A stretch of 64,000 nucleotides of DNA from Hemiscyllium ocellatum (Eukaryota): NCBI RefSeq assembly GCF_020745735.1, contig NC_083409.1:24200048-24264047 (forward strand), written 5' to 3'. A program made the translations under genes and the position numbers. The notes beneath the pieces were generated by a model. It was given only the letters and a program-made list of their open reading frames with translations, was not told where the DNA came from and did no database searches. Shown here piece after piece: positions 19,896 to 31,464 of this stretch; the stretch's first letter is position 1, and each line of letters begins with the position of its first letter.

Positions 19896-21535
19896 CAGAG
19901 TCCAGTAAACATGGCCTCCTTCCTGCAGGAGCCTCCACTAGAGATCAGTAAACATTGGTCTCCTTCTGACTGGACACTCCAAAGGAGAAGAGTAAACATG
20001 TACCTCTTTCAGACTGGATCGTCTAGTAGAGACCAGTAAACATGGACCTCCTTCCTGCTGGAACCTCCAACACAGACCAGTAAACATGGATCTCCTTCTG
20101 ACTGGATCCTCCAAGACAGATCAGTAAATATGGGCCTCCTAATCACTGGAACCTCCAATGGAGATGAGTAGATGGTTGAGTTTTTGAAGAAGTAAGCAAG
20201 AAGATAGGTAAAGATAGAGGAGTTCACTCTGTCTACATGGAGTTAATACAAGGTTCCCCATGGTAGACTGCTCAGTAAGATTATATCACAGAGGATCCAG
20301 GGAGAGCTAACCAATTGGATATAAAATTGGCCTGTTGGTAGGAGGCTGAGGCTGGTGAGAGAGGGTTGTTCTTCAGACTGGAGGCCAGTGACCAACTGTC
20401 TGTCACAAGAATCGATCCTGGATGCACTGTTGTTCATCATTTATATGAACAATTTGGATGAGAAAATAGAAGGAATGGTCAGTAAGTTTGTGGCTGACGT
20501 TAAAATTGTTGGCATCATGGACAGGGAAGAAGGTTATCCAAGAGTGCAATGACATCTTGATCAACTGGGCCAGTGGGTCAACAAATCCAGATGGAAATTT
20601 TGATAAATGGAAGGAGTTGCATTTTGGTAAGACAAACCAGGGCAGGAATTACACAATTAATGGTAGAGCCATGGGGAGTGTTGTTGAACAGAGAGACTGA
20701 GGGGTGCAGGTACATAGTTCCTTGGAAGTGGGGTCACAGGTAGACAGGGTGGTGAAGAAGGTATTTGGCACGCTCACCTTCACTGGTCAAAGCAGGGAGT
20801 ACAGGAGCTGTACGAGGCATTGGGAAGGCCACGTTTGGGCACAGTACATTTCTGCTCATCCTGGTATAGGAAGGAACTTATGACAGTGGTTTGAATAAAA
20901 GAAAGATTAACAGGGATGTTATCAAGATTGGAGGATTTGAATTACAAGATGAGGATGAATAGGCCAAGATGTTTTTCCAGGAAATGCAGAAGATTGAGGG
21001 GTGACCTTATAGAGGTTGTAGAATCATGAGGGTCATAGATAAGGTGAATAGTCAAAGTCTTTTCCCCAGGGTAGGAGAGTCCAATACTAGAAGGAGGAGG
21101 CTTAAGTTGAGAGGGAAAAGATTTAGTAGGAAACTGAGAGGCAACATTTTCACACAGAGGTTAGTGTGTATGTGCAATGAGCTGACAGAAGAATTCATAG
21201 AGGTGAGTACAATTACTACATTTCGAGGACATTTTTACAGGAACATGGATAGGAAGGATTTAGAGAGAATTGGGCCAAACACATGCAAATGGGACTAGTT
21301 CAGTTTTGGATACGTGGTTGGCATGGATGAGTTGAGATGTACGGCCTGATCCCATGCTGTAAACCTCTATGACTCTTTGATGATGTATACATGGGACACT
21401 TTCCCATAGAACCAGTAAACATGGACCTCTTTCCACTGGAACCTCCAATAGACACAAATAAACAGGGCCTCCTTCCCACTGGATGCTCCAGAAGAGAACA
21501 GTAAACATGGCCCTCCTTCCCTCAGGACTGTCCAG
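19896..21535. repeat. About 44-bp minisatellite (about 11 units) split by a CR1 RT fragment (about 20,171-21,388)
   Basis: The cagtaaacatgg core occurs at 19903, 19946, 19990, 20034, 20078, 20122 and 20166, then at 21413, 21457 and 21499. Confidence 0.9.
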
Positions 21536-22779
21536 CACCTGAGCTGCAAACCCCACATCCTCTCCATCATGTATGCCTCTTATTTCAAACTCAACAACAT
21601 TGTCTCTGCACTACCTCTGCCCCTTGACCACAGAAACCCTAATTCCTGCTCGTCCTGCCCCCTAACTCTATGATTCCAATGTCCTCCCCCAGCTTCCTAA
21701 AGCCATATTCCATAAACTCCAACTTGTCTGATATGGAGTGGCCCCTCCCTGTCTTATCCATCTGTCATTCCAGAATGACCCCTGACCTCACTGCCAGCCA
21801 AATGCCTCCATGGCCTCCCTCCTCCCTCCGTCTGTGTCCTGCTGCAGACTCACATTCCCTCCCTCCCCCTTCCATCTTCTGTCTCTGGTCTCCTGCCCAT
21901 TGCTGCTTGCTCCAACCCACCATTGACAGCAGAGCCTTCAGACCCCTACAGCATGCTCTCTGACCTCCTGCCCTTGATCCCTTCCCCTCTCAATGGTTGT
22001 GCTATTGAATATACTGTTCAATCCCATCACTTTTGGTTCACTGTTCCCTTGCCATTGATCTGCTGAATTATTCCTCATCAGTAAATCGAGTCTGGCCTGT
22101 TCCCTGAGTTGGTTCAAGAGAGTTTTCCTTGAGAAAACACTCTTCTGTTGTCTGTTTCTCCCATACTTTGTGTAAAGGTGAGTCGAAGTGCATGTAAGCT
22201 CTTATACAGCACAGACAGAGGTCACTGGGCTGATTGTGACTGTTAGTCAAATGAGTCCAATGAGTCCCATTTCCTCAGCCTTTCCTGTATAACCCTGCAA
22301 TTATTTCCTTTTCAGCTATTTCTCAAAATGCCCTTTTGAAAGTTGCTGTTGAATCCACTTCCACTCACCTTGCAGACAGTCATCATGAACTCGCTGGATA
22401 AAAAACATTCCTAACTTCTCTCTTGTCCTTCAGACTCTTTCTGAAATGTGTGCCCTCTGGTTACTGACCCTCCTGCCTGGAGAAACAATTTGTCCTGTAT
22501 TTACTGCACCCAGACTCTCTAATTGTGAACCCCTCATTGAGTGAGATCTATTTCCAGCACAGGGGGAGAACATTCAGCCTGTCAGGTAAATGTTGTCATT
22601 TCATGGAGCAATCTAGTCAGTCCCACCCTCTCCCCTACTCGACCCCCAGGGCCTTGCAGGTTTATTTCCATCAAGAGCCCATCCAATCTGCCATTGCAAT
22701 CACTGAGTGTCTTCACCCGCCTCACCTGAATGGGCACTAATTTCCAAGACTTTGCCAATTGCTGCTAAAATCAAAGTTC

Positions 22780-23360
22780 TTTCCTGACATTCCATATCTC
22801 TTGCCCAAAAGAATGTAAGATAATCTCAAAAGATTATCTCCACACGGACTGTGCGGTGGTCACCCTTACTGATACTGTCATGGACAGATACACCACCAGC
22901 AGGCAGATTGGTGAGGGTGATAGTGAGTATGTTTTTCCCTTTTGTTGGTTCCCTCACCACCTGCCCCAGGTCTAGTCTAGCAGCTGAATCAGGTGGAGTG
23001 TGACCAGTTTGCTCAGTAGTGATGCTTCTGAGCAGCTCTTGATGGTGGGCTTTGAAGTCCCTGACTCAGAGTATATCCTGCATCATTCCCATCCTCTGTG
23101 CTCCCTCCAAGTGTTGTTCTACATGGAGGAGGACTGACTGCTCAGTTGAGGTTGGAGTGGAGGGCGGTGCTATGTGGTAATCAGCAGGAGGTTTCCTTCC
23201 CCATGTTTGACCTGCTGTCATGAGGCTTCATGGATTCCATAGTTAATGGTGAGGACTCTCAGGGCAACTCCCTTCCGACTGTACACACCACTGTGTTGCC
23301 TCCCCTGCTTGGTCTATCCTGCCAGTTATAAACTGAATGAGGGAAAAATTGTGTGCAGGT
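22780..23360 (-). mobile_element. Non-LTR retroelement endonuclease fragment (a second LINE family; related copy at 45,000-46,340)
   Basis: Shares gactttgaagtccc...gtgttgttc...ggcaactccc segments with 45,700-46,000. APE-like peptide IGKSDHHTV is present in the longer copy. Confidence 0.65.
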
Positions 23361-23494
23361 TTCACAGCTTGGAGACAGAGCTGCTGCTGGATTCTACTTC
23401 TGATCTCCGAGTGCAGGTGTATGTGTTTGTGAGAGAGTGACTGACACCTTTTCCAAAAATGCGCTGTTTCTGCAAAAAATAAATCCCAGAACCA

Positions 23495-23790
23495 GCCTCC
23501 TGTGCTGTCAGATTCCAGGGAGTGCAGATGGTTCACAGTTTTCTCCCGTCTCAGTAACAAACACCCAGCTGCTCCGAGCTCCTTCTTTCACTTCCTCTTT
23601 TGGTGAAGTTTCAACCTTGTGCTCTGACAGTCTTTGCAGTTATTTTTTACACTGGGGCTTTCTGCTGTGGTCAGAATCTCTAATAATAAGTGTCCAATCA
23701 GTGATAATCACACCAGCTAAGAGCAGTCAGGACTGAGGAGCCAGGCTCACTGTGAAACATATTGGGAAGATCAAAGCCATCCTCTTCAGA
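23495..23790. promoter_or_regulatory. Candidate upstream B-cell enhancer, copy 1
   Basis: CAGATG at 23525, CAGCTG at 23566, ETS-IRF composite TTTCACTTCCTC at 23586-23597, RUNX TGTGGT at 23666, CCAAT at 23694. About 94% identical to 43,620-43,920. Confidence 0.55.
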
Positions 23791-24384
23791 TCCTGGTATA
23801 AACTCCATCCCTCTCCCTGAGCACTGTCTGCTGTTCAACCAGACTTTTTACAAACTGGGTCTCATGTTTGAGAATGATCTAAGCCCCATATCTTCCATAT
23901 CACAAAGATCAGCCACTGAAAATCTCAGCCATGTTTATGGGGCTCCAAACATGACCATTCCAATGGCTGATGCACATCACAGCCACTGCCCTCCGTATCC
24001 TTCAGTTCATCCAAAATTCTGCAGCCCGTATCCAAGCTTGCACCAAGTCCCGTTCCCACAACCCCCTGCACCCTGTGCCTAGATTGGCTCCTGGTCGAGC
24101 AACACCTCGATTTTCAAATTCTCATCCTTGTTCTCAAATCCCTCTCTGCCCTCTACCCTCCCTATCTCTGTAACCTCCTCCAAGCTGCCTCACTCCATGT
24201 GGTCAGCAATCTTGGATAATTGGTTCTCTATTCCTTCATCCAAGTCATTGAGAAATATTGTGAAATACTGAGGCCCCTGCACAAATCCCTGGGGACACCA
24301 CTATTCACATCTTGTTCATTGGAGAGCACACACATTATCCCTCTTCTCTGTCTCCTACCTCCAAACTAATTCCTAACCAAAGAC

Positions 24385-27300
24385 AAATACTTTTCTATCA
24401 CTGTCTTGATGATAGGAAGCAGCGGGTAATATTGGAAGGATGCTTGTCAGACTGGAGGTGTGTGTTGAGTGGAGTGCCTCAGGGCTCAGTGCTGGCCCCA
24501 TTACTGTTTGTTATCAAGATTAATGATTTGGATGAGAATCTGTAAGGCATGATTAGTAAGTTTGATGCGCAGGTCAGGTGAATTGGCTATGTTAAATTGG
24601 CCATAGTCTTAGGTACATTAGTCAGAGGGAAATGGGTCTAGGTGAATTACTCTTCAGAGGGTCGGTGTGGATTGGTTGGGCCGAAGACCTGTTTCGACAC
24701 TGTAGGGAATCTAATCTCTAATTTGTACAGGATGTCAGTGAGGTCGCACTTGGAATATTGTATTCAGTTTGGTCACCTTGTTATAGGAAGGATATTACTA
24801 AACCAGAAAGAGTACAGAAGAAATTTGCAAGGATGTTGCCTGGACTCAACAATCTGAGTTATAGGGAGAGGTTAGGCAAGTTAGGACTTTTTTCTTAGCG
24901 CGTAGGAGACTGGTGGGGGAACTTTTAGAAGTGTATAAGATCATGAGAGACATGGATAGGGTTGGGGAAACGAGGATGAGAGGGCATCAGTTTAGTGTTG
25001 GAGAGGAATGAATAAAAGGGAACCTGAGGGGCAACATTTTTACACAGAGGGTGGCACGCATGTGGAATGAGATGCCAGCTGAAGTGATTGAGGTGGATAT
25101 ATTAACAACATTTAAAAGACATTTGGACAAATACATAGATAGGAAAACATTTGAAGGACATGGGCCAAGTGCAGGGAAATGGGGTTAGCATGGATGGACA
25201 TTTTGGTCAGCACGGTCCAGTTTGAGCCAAAGGGCCTGTCTCTGTGCTGTAGGACTCGATAGCTCTAAGACTCTATAATTCCATATGTTTCCATGTTTAT
25301 GAACAGTCTCTCAAACATAGAAACAAAGGAACTAGGAGCAAGAGGAAGCCATTCAGCCCTTCGAGTTGGCTCTGCCATTCAATATGACCATGGCTGATCA
25401 TCCAACTTAGTCCCCTGCTCCCATTTTTTCTCCGTAAAATTTAACCCCTTTAGTCCTAAGAAAATACTTATCCTCTCTTGAAAATATTGAATGTTTTGGG
25501 CTCAACCGCTTTCTGTGACAGAATATTCCACAAGCTTCCCAGTCTCTGGCTGAAGAAATGTCTCCTCAGCTCAGTCTGAAATAACCTTTCCCTTTTCTTT
25601 AAACCATAACTCGTAGTTCTGGATTCCCCAGTCATCAGGAACATCCTCCCTGTGTTGTTCTAGTCTTGTCCTGTTCGGATTTTCAAGGTTACAATATGAT
25701 TCCTTTCAATCTTCTAAGCGCCAATGAATATAATCCCAACTGATCCAGTTTCTCATCAGATCTAAGTGCTGTCCTCCCAGGAATCAGTCTGGTAAACCTT
25801 CGCTGCCCTCCCTCCACAGCCAGAACATCCTTCCTCAGATAAGGAGCCCGAAACTACCCACGACAGAATCATAAAATCTCACAGTACAGAGGAGGCCCTT
25901 CAGCCCATTAACTGTGTACCAGCCAAACTACACTAAACCTATACCAGTCCCACTTTCCAACATGAGGCCCATAGCTTGAATGTTATGACATTTCAACTGC
26001 TCACCCAAGTACATTTTAAAGTTTGTGAGGTTTCCCACCTCAACTCCCCTCCCAGGCTGTGCACTCCAGATGCACACCAGCCTCTGGATGAAAAACATTT
26101 TCTTCAAAACATCTTGAAACCTCCTATCTTTCACATTGAATGTGAGCCAACTTGTTATTGACCCTCCCACGAATGAGAACAGCTGCTTTCTCTCCTCCCT
26201 GTCCATTCCCCTCATAACCTTATACACCTCTATCAGGTCCCCCCTCCACCTTCTCTGCTCTGAAGAAAACAACCCGAGATGATCCAATTTCTCTTCATCA
26301 CTGAAAGGTTCCATTCCACACAACATCCTAGTGATTCCCCTCTGCACCCCGTCCAGTGCAATCACCTCCTGCCTACAGTGTGGTGACCTGAACTGCTGTG
26401 GTCTAACCAATGTTCTACTTAACTGCAACATATCCTCCTGCTTTTATAACCAATACCTGACATGACAAAGGCAAGTGTCCCATATGCCTTTATAACTGCT
26501 CTGTTAACCTGTCTTGCCATATTCAGCGATCAGTGGACAAGCACCCAAGATCACGCTGTTCCTTAGAGCTTCCTCAGTTCAAAGAACAAAGAACAATGAA
26601 AATTACAGCACAAGAATTGGCCCTTTTGCCCTAATAGCCTGCGCTGGTCCATATCCTCCATCTAAACCTGTCATCAATTTTCCAAGTTTCTGTCTCCCTT
26701 TGCTCCCTGCCCATCCATGTATCTATCTAGATATATCTTAAAGAATGCAATTGTGCCTGCCTCTACCACCTCCACTGGCAACGTGTTCCAGGACCAATCA
26801 CCCTCTGTGTGAAGAACTTTCCATACATATCTCCCTTAAATGTTTCCACTCTCACTTTGAACTCATGACCCAGAGTAATTGAGTCCCTCACACTGGGAAA
26901 AAGTTTCTTGCTATCCACCCTGTCTACACCTCTCATGATTTTGTAGACGTCAATCAGGTCCCCCCTCAATGTTCGACTTTCTAATGAAAATAATCCTAAT
27001 CTACTCAACCTCTCTTCATAGCTAGTGCCCTCCATACCAGGCAATCCTGGTAACCTCCTCTGCACCCTCTCCAAAGCATCTACATCCTTCTGGCTGTGTG
27101 GCGACCAGAACTGTGGGCAGTATTCCAAATCTGGCCAAGCCAAAGTCCGATATAATTCTCACAAGACCTGCCAACTCTTGTACTGAATACCATGTTTGAT
27201 GAAGGAAAGTATGCCATATGCCTTCTTGACCACTCTGTCGATCTGTGTTGCCACCTCCAGGGTGCAATGGACCTGAACACCCAGGTCTCTCTGGCCATCA

Positions 27301-30300
27301 ATTTTCCCAGGGTTTTCCATTCACTGTACAGTTTATTCCAGATTTGGATCTTCCAAAATTCATCAGATCGCATTTGCCCAGATTGAACTCCATCCATCCA
27401 TTGCTCTGCCCAACTCTCCAATCTATCTATATTCTGCTGTATTCTCTGACAGTCCCCTTCACGATCTGCTCTCCACCAATCTTAGTGTCATCTGCAAACT
27501 TGTTAATCAGATCACCTATACCTTCCTCCAGATCATTTATGTATATCAAAAACAAGAGCGGTACCAGCACGGATTCCTGTTCTCCATTCTGAAAAACTCC
27601 TTCCACTACTACTGTCTGTCTCCTGTTGCCCAGCCTGTTCTCTATCCATCTAGTGAGTACACTCTGGACCCCATGCGACTTTAATTTCTCCATCAGGCTA
27701 CCATGGGGAACTTTATCAAACACCTTACTGAAGTCCATGTGTATGACATCCGCAGCCCTTCCCTCATCAATCAACTTCATCACTTCTTCAAAAACGTCTA
27801 TAAAGTTGGTAAGACATGACATTCCCTGAACAAAATCATGCTGTCTATAACTGAAATTTCTTCCAAATGTAAATAGATCTTACCCCACAGTATCTTCTCC
27901 AGCAGCTTCCCTACCACTACATCAGGCTCACTGGTTGATAGTTACCTGGATTATCCTGGTTACCCTTAAAAATTAGCAATTCTCCAGTCCTCTGGGACCT
28001 CATCCATGTTCAAGGTTGCTACTAAGATGTCGATTAAGGACCCAATTATTTCCTCTCTTGCTTCCCTCAGTAACCTGGGATCGATACCATCCCGACCTGG
28101 GGACTTGTGCACCTTGATGCCTTTTAAAATACCCAACACTTCCTCCCTCCTTAAACCGACTTGACTCTGAGTAATCAAACATCTATCCCCAACTTCAACA
28201 ACTGTCATTTCCCTCTCCTTGGTGAATACCGACGTAAAACACTCATTAAGAATCTCACCCATTTTCTCTGACTCCACACATAACATTCCTCCTTTGTCCT
28301 TGAGTGGAACAACCCTTTCTCTAGTCACCCACTTGCTCCTTATATATGAATAAAAGGATTTGGAATTTTCCTTAATCCTGTTTGCTAATGATATTTCATG
28401 ACCCTTTTTAGCCCTTCTAATTCCTCATTTCAGATCGGTCCAACTTTCCCAATATTCTTCCAAAGCTTTGTCTATTTTCAACCACCTAGACCTTATGTAT
28501 GCATCCTTTTTCCTCTTAGCTAGTCTCACAATTTCATCTGTCATCCAACGTTCCCTTTTTCTGCAATTTCAATCCCTTATTTTCACAGGGACATATCCGT
28601 CCTGACTCTAGTCAACCTCTCTTTAAAAGCCTCCCACATATCAAATGTGGATTTCCCTTTAAACAGGTACTCCCAATCCACAGTCCCCAACTCCTACCAA
28701 ATTTTGCGATAGTTGGCCTTCCTCCACTTTAGCCCTCTTCCTTGAGGACCAATCTCATCTTTGTCCATGAGCATTCTAAAACTTATGGAATCATGATCAC
28801 TCTTCCCAAAGTAATCCCTTACTGAGATTTCAACCACCTGGCCGGGCTCATTCCCCAACACCAGTCCAGTCTGGCCCCTTCCTGAGTTAGACTATTTCCA
28901 CATTACTCTGTAAAATCCTCCTGGATGTTCCTTACAAATTCTGCTCCATCTTAACTGCAAATATGAAGTGAATCCCAGTCAATGTTGGGAAAGTTAAAAT
29001 TTTCCATCATCACCACCTTGTTACTCCTACAGCTTTCCATAATCTGTTTACATATTTGTACCTCTATCTCACGTTCACGGTTAGGAGGCTTGTAGGATAG
29101 CACCAACATTGTTACTGGACCCTTCCTGTTTCTGAGCTCTGCCCATATTGCCCCACTGCTTGAGTCCTCCATAGTGCCCTCCTTCAGCACACCTGTGATA
29201 TCCACTCTGGCCAGTAATGCAACTCCTCCATCCCTTTTATCTCCCTCTCGAACCCATCTGATACATCTGTATCCTTGGGATGTTTAGTTGCCAATCTTGC
29301 CATTCCCTCAACCACGTCTCAGTAATAGCATTAACATCATACTCCCAGATACTAGTTCAAGCCTTAAATTCCTCTGCCTTACCTACTACACTTCTCACAT
29401 TAAAACCAATGCACCTCAGACCATCTGTCCCTTTGTGTTCATCATCTGCTCCCTACCTACTCTTAACCTTAGTCACGCTGACTTCAATATCTAGTTCCTG
29501 ACAAGCTTTAGTTACTCCCTCCTTATTGTCCACTAACCACCTCATTTGGTTCCCATCCCTCTGCTACACTATTTTGAACTCTCCCCAAGAACGTGATCAA
29601 ACACATCCCACAGGACACTGATTCCAGTCCTGCCCAGGTGTAGACCGCTCGATTTGTAATTGTCCCTCCCCAGGAACCAGTCCCAATGTCCCAAAAATCT
29701 GAACCCTTCCCTTCTGCACCATCTCTCAAGCCACGCATTCATCCTGCCTATATTTTCATTTCGACTCTGACTAGCACATGGCACTGGTAACAATCCTGAG
29801 ATTACTACGTCTGAGATCCTACATTTAATATGGTTCCTAACTCCCTAAATTCTGCTTGTAGGACCTCATTCCATTTATTACCGATATCATCAGTCCCTTC
29901 ATGAACTGTCACAGCTAGCTGTTCACCTCCCCCTTCAGAATGTCCTGCAGCCGATCTGAGACATCCCTGACCCGTACAACTGGGAGGCAGCATGCCATTT
30001 GTGAGTCTTGTTTTTGACCACAGAATCGCCGATCTACTCCCCTTACAAAGTCCAAACAAACCATATCTATGGGCCCCCCCCTTATCAAATCTACTCACTA
30101 CATCCTCAAACAATTCCAGTCGATTTTTTAAGCATGATCTCCCTTTCGAAAATTCATGCTGACTCTGTCCAGTTCTGCCACTGTTTTCAAAGTGCTAAGC
30201 TATAAAATATTTTATGATGAACTTGAGCATTTTCTCCACTGCTGACTTCCGGCTAATTTGTCTAAAATTTCTTATTTTCCCTCTCTCTCTCTCTCTCTCT

Positions 30301-30600
30301 CTTTTTCAATAGACGTGTTAAATTAACTCCCTCCATTTTGTAGGACCTATTCCACAGTCGAAAAACAGATAACCATCAATGTTTCTCATATTTTACAACC
30401 ACTTCCTGAAGCACTCCTGAAAATAGATTATTTAGCCCTGCTGATTTAAGACATTCCAATTTTCCCAGAACCATTTTCTTCCAACAACTGACTTCCTTCA
30501 GCTCCTTCCTCTGATAAAACCCCAAGTTCACCAACATGTCTGAGATTTATTTGAGAATTCATCTGTGCAGAAAGGTCCAGAATATGTTTATCTGTCATCT
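24385..30600. mobile_element. Nested CR1 insertions specific to the left arm, including a ~3.4 kb minus-strand CR1 (about 26,700-30,110) with ORF1 esterase, APE and RT remnants
   Basis: VTVHEGTDDIG / FRFLGHWDWF (SGNH), NFNFPNIDWD (APE), and MSCLTNFIDVFEEV...DFSKVFDKVPH...NKFADDTKIGG (RT). The segment is absent between the paralogous anchors at about 43,010 and 42,840. Confidence 0.85.
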
Positions 30601-30844
30601 CTTTGTTCCAACTATAACATTATAACACTTGTGTGGAACTTCCTTGAATGTCATCTGGACGTCCATATAAACAACACATTACCTTATCTCACACATTAGT
30701 GACCTCGTTAAAACATGTAACCAGGTTAGTTAAAGATGTCTGACCCTTTTAAATCCATGCTGATTTCGTCTGATCTGTTCACATTTGTCAGACATTCTGT
30801 CTCTAAACAGATTCAATTACTTCCCCACAATAGACATTCAACGA

Positions 30845-31390
30845 AGATAAAAACAATGACTGCAGATGCTGGAAACCAGATTCTGGATTAGTGGTGCTGG
30901 AAGAGCACAGCAGTTCAGGCGGCATCCGAGGAGCAGGCAAATCGACGTTTCGGGCAAAATCCCTTCATCAGGAATAAAGGCAGTGAGCCTGAAGCGTGGA
31001 GAGATAAGCTAGAGGAGGGTGGGGGTGGGGAGAAAGTAGCATAGAGTACAACCAAATGTGGCTGTGGGAGCGAGTTTGTTTCACAACATGGTTGAAGAGC
31101 TTCTCTCTACAAGAATCTCAGGGAGTCCCTCTCCCACTGCAACTCTCAGGTCATTTCCTCTGCACTGAAGCTCTTCAACCATGTCGTGAAACAAACTCGC
31201 TACCAAAGCCACATTTACTTGTACTCTCTGCTACTTTCTCCCCACCCCCACCCTCCTCTAGCTTATCTCTCCACGCTTCAGGCTCACTGCCTTTATTCCT
31301 GATGAAGGGCTTTTGCCTGAAGCATCGATTTCACTGCTCCTCGGATGCTGCCTGAACTGTTGTGCTCTTCCAGCACCACTAATCCAGAAT
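30845..31390. mobile_element. PLE-derived fold-back element (about 224-bp arms, 63-nt loop) with hammerhead cores
   Basis: 30880-31103 and 31167-31390 are reverse complements. The core on the minus strand at 30944-30971 is intact. The element is flanked by ATTCAA, and the empty site is in the right arm. Confidence 0.88.
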
Positions 31391-31464
31391 TCAATGGAGA
31401 TGTTCATTGTGAGTGAGGTTAGTAAACAGCTAGTACTGACACAAGGGGCTGAACAGCCTCCTCC

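Noticed and set aside
19896-20170. Regularly spaced repeats resembling a CRISPR array
   Set aside because: Whole 44-bp units are homologous with no unique spacers, the context is vertebrate and there are no cas genes.
23437-23736. ORF conserved with 43,676-44,047 down to the same stop codon
   Set aside because: All ~12 codon differences I counted are non-synonymous, the opposite of coding constraint. The conservation is better explained as regulatory or simply recent duplication.
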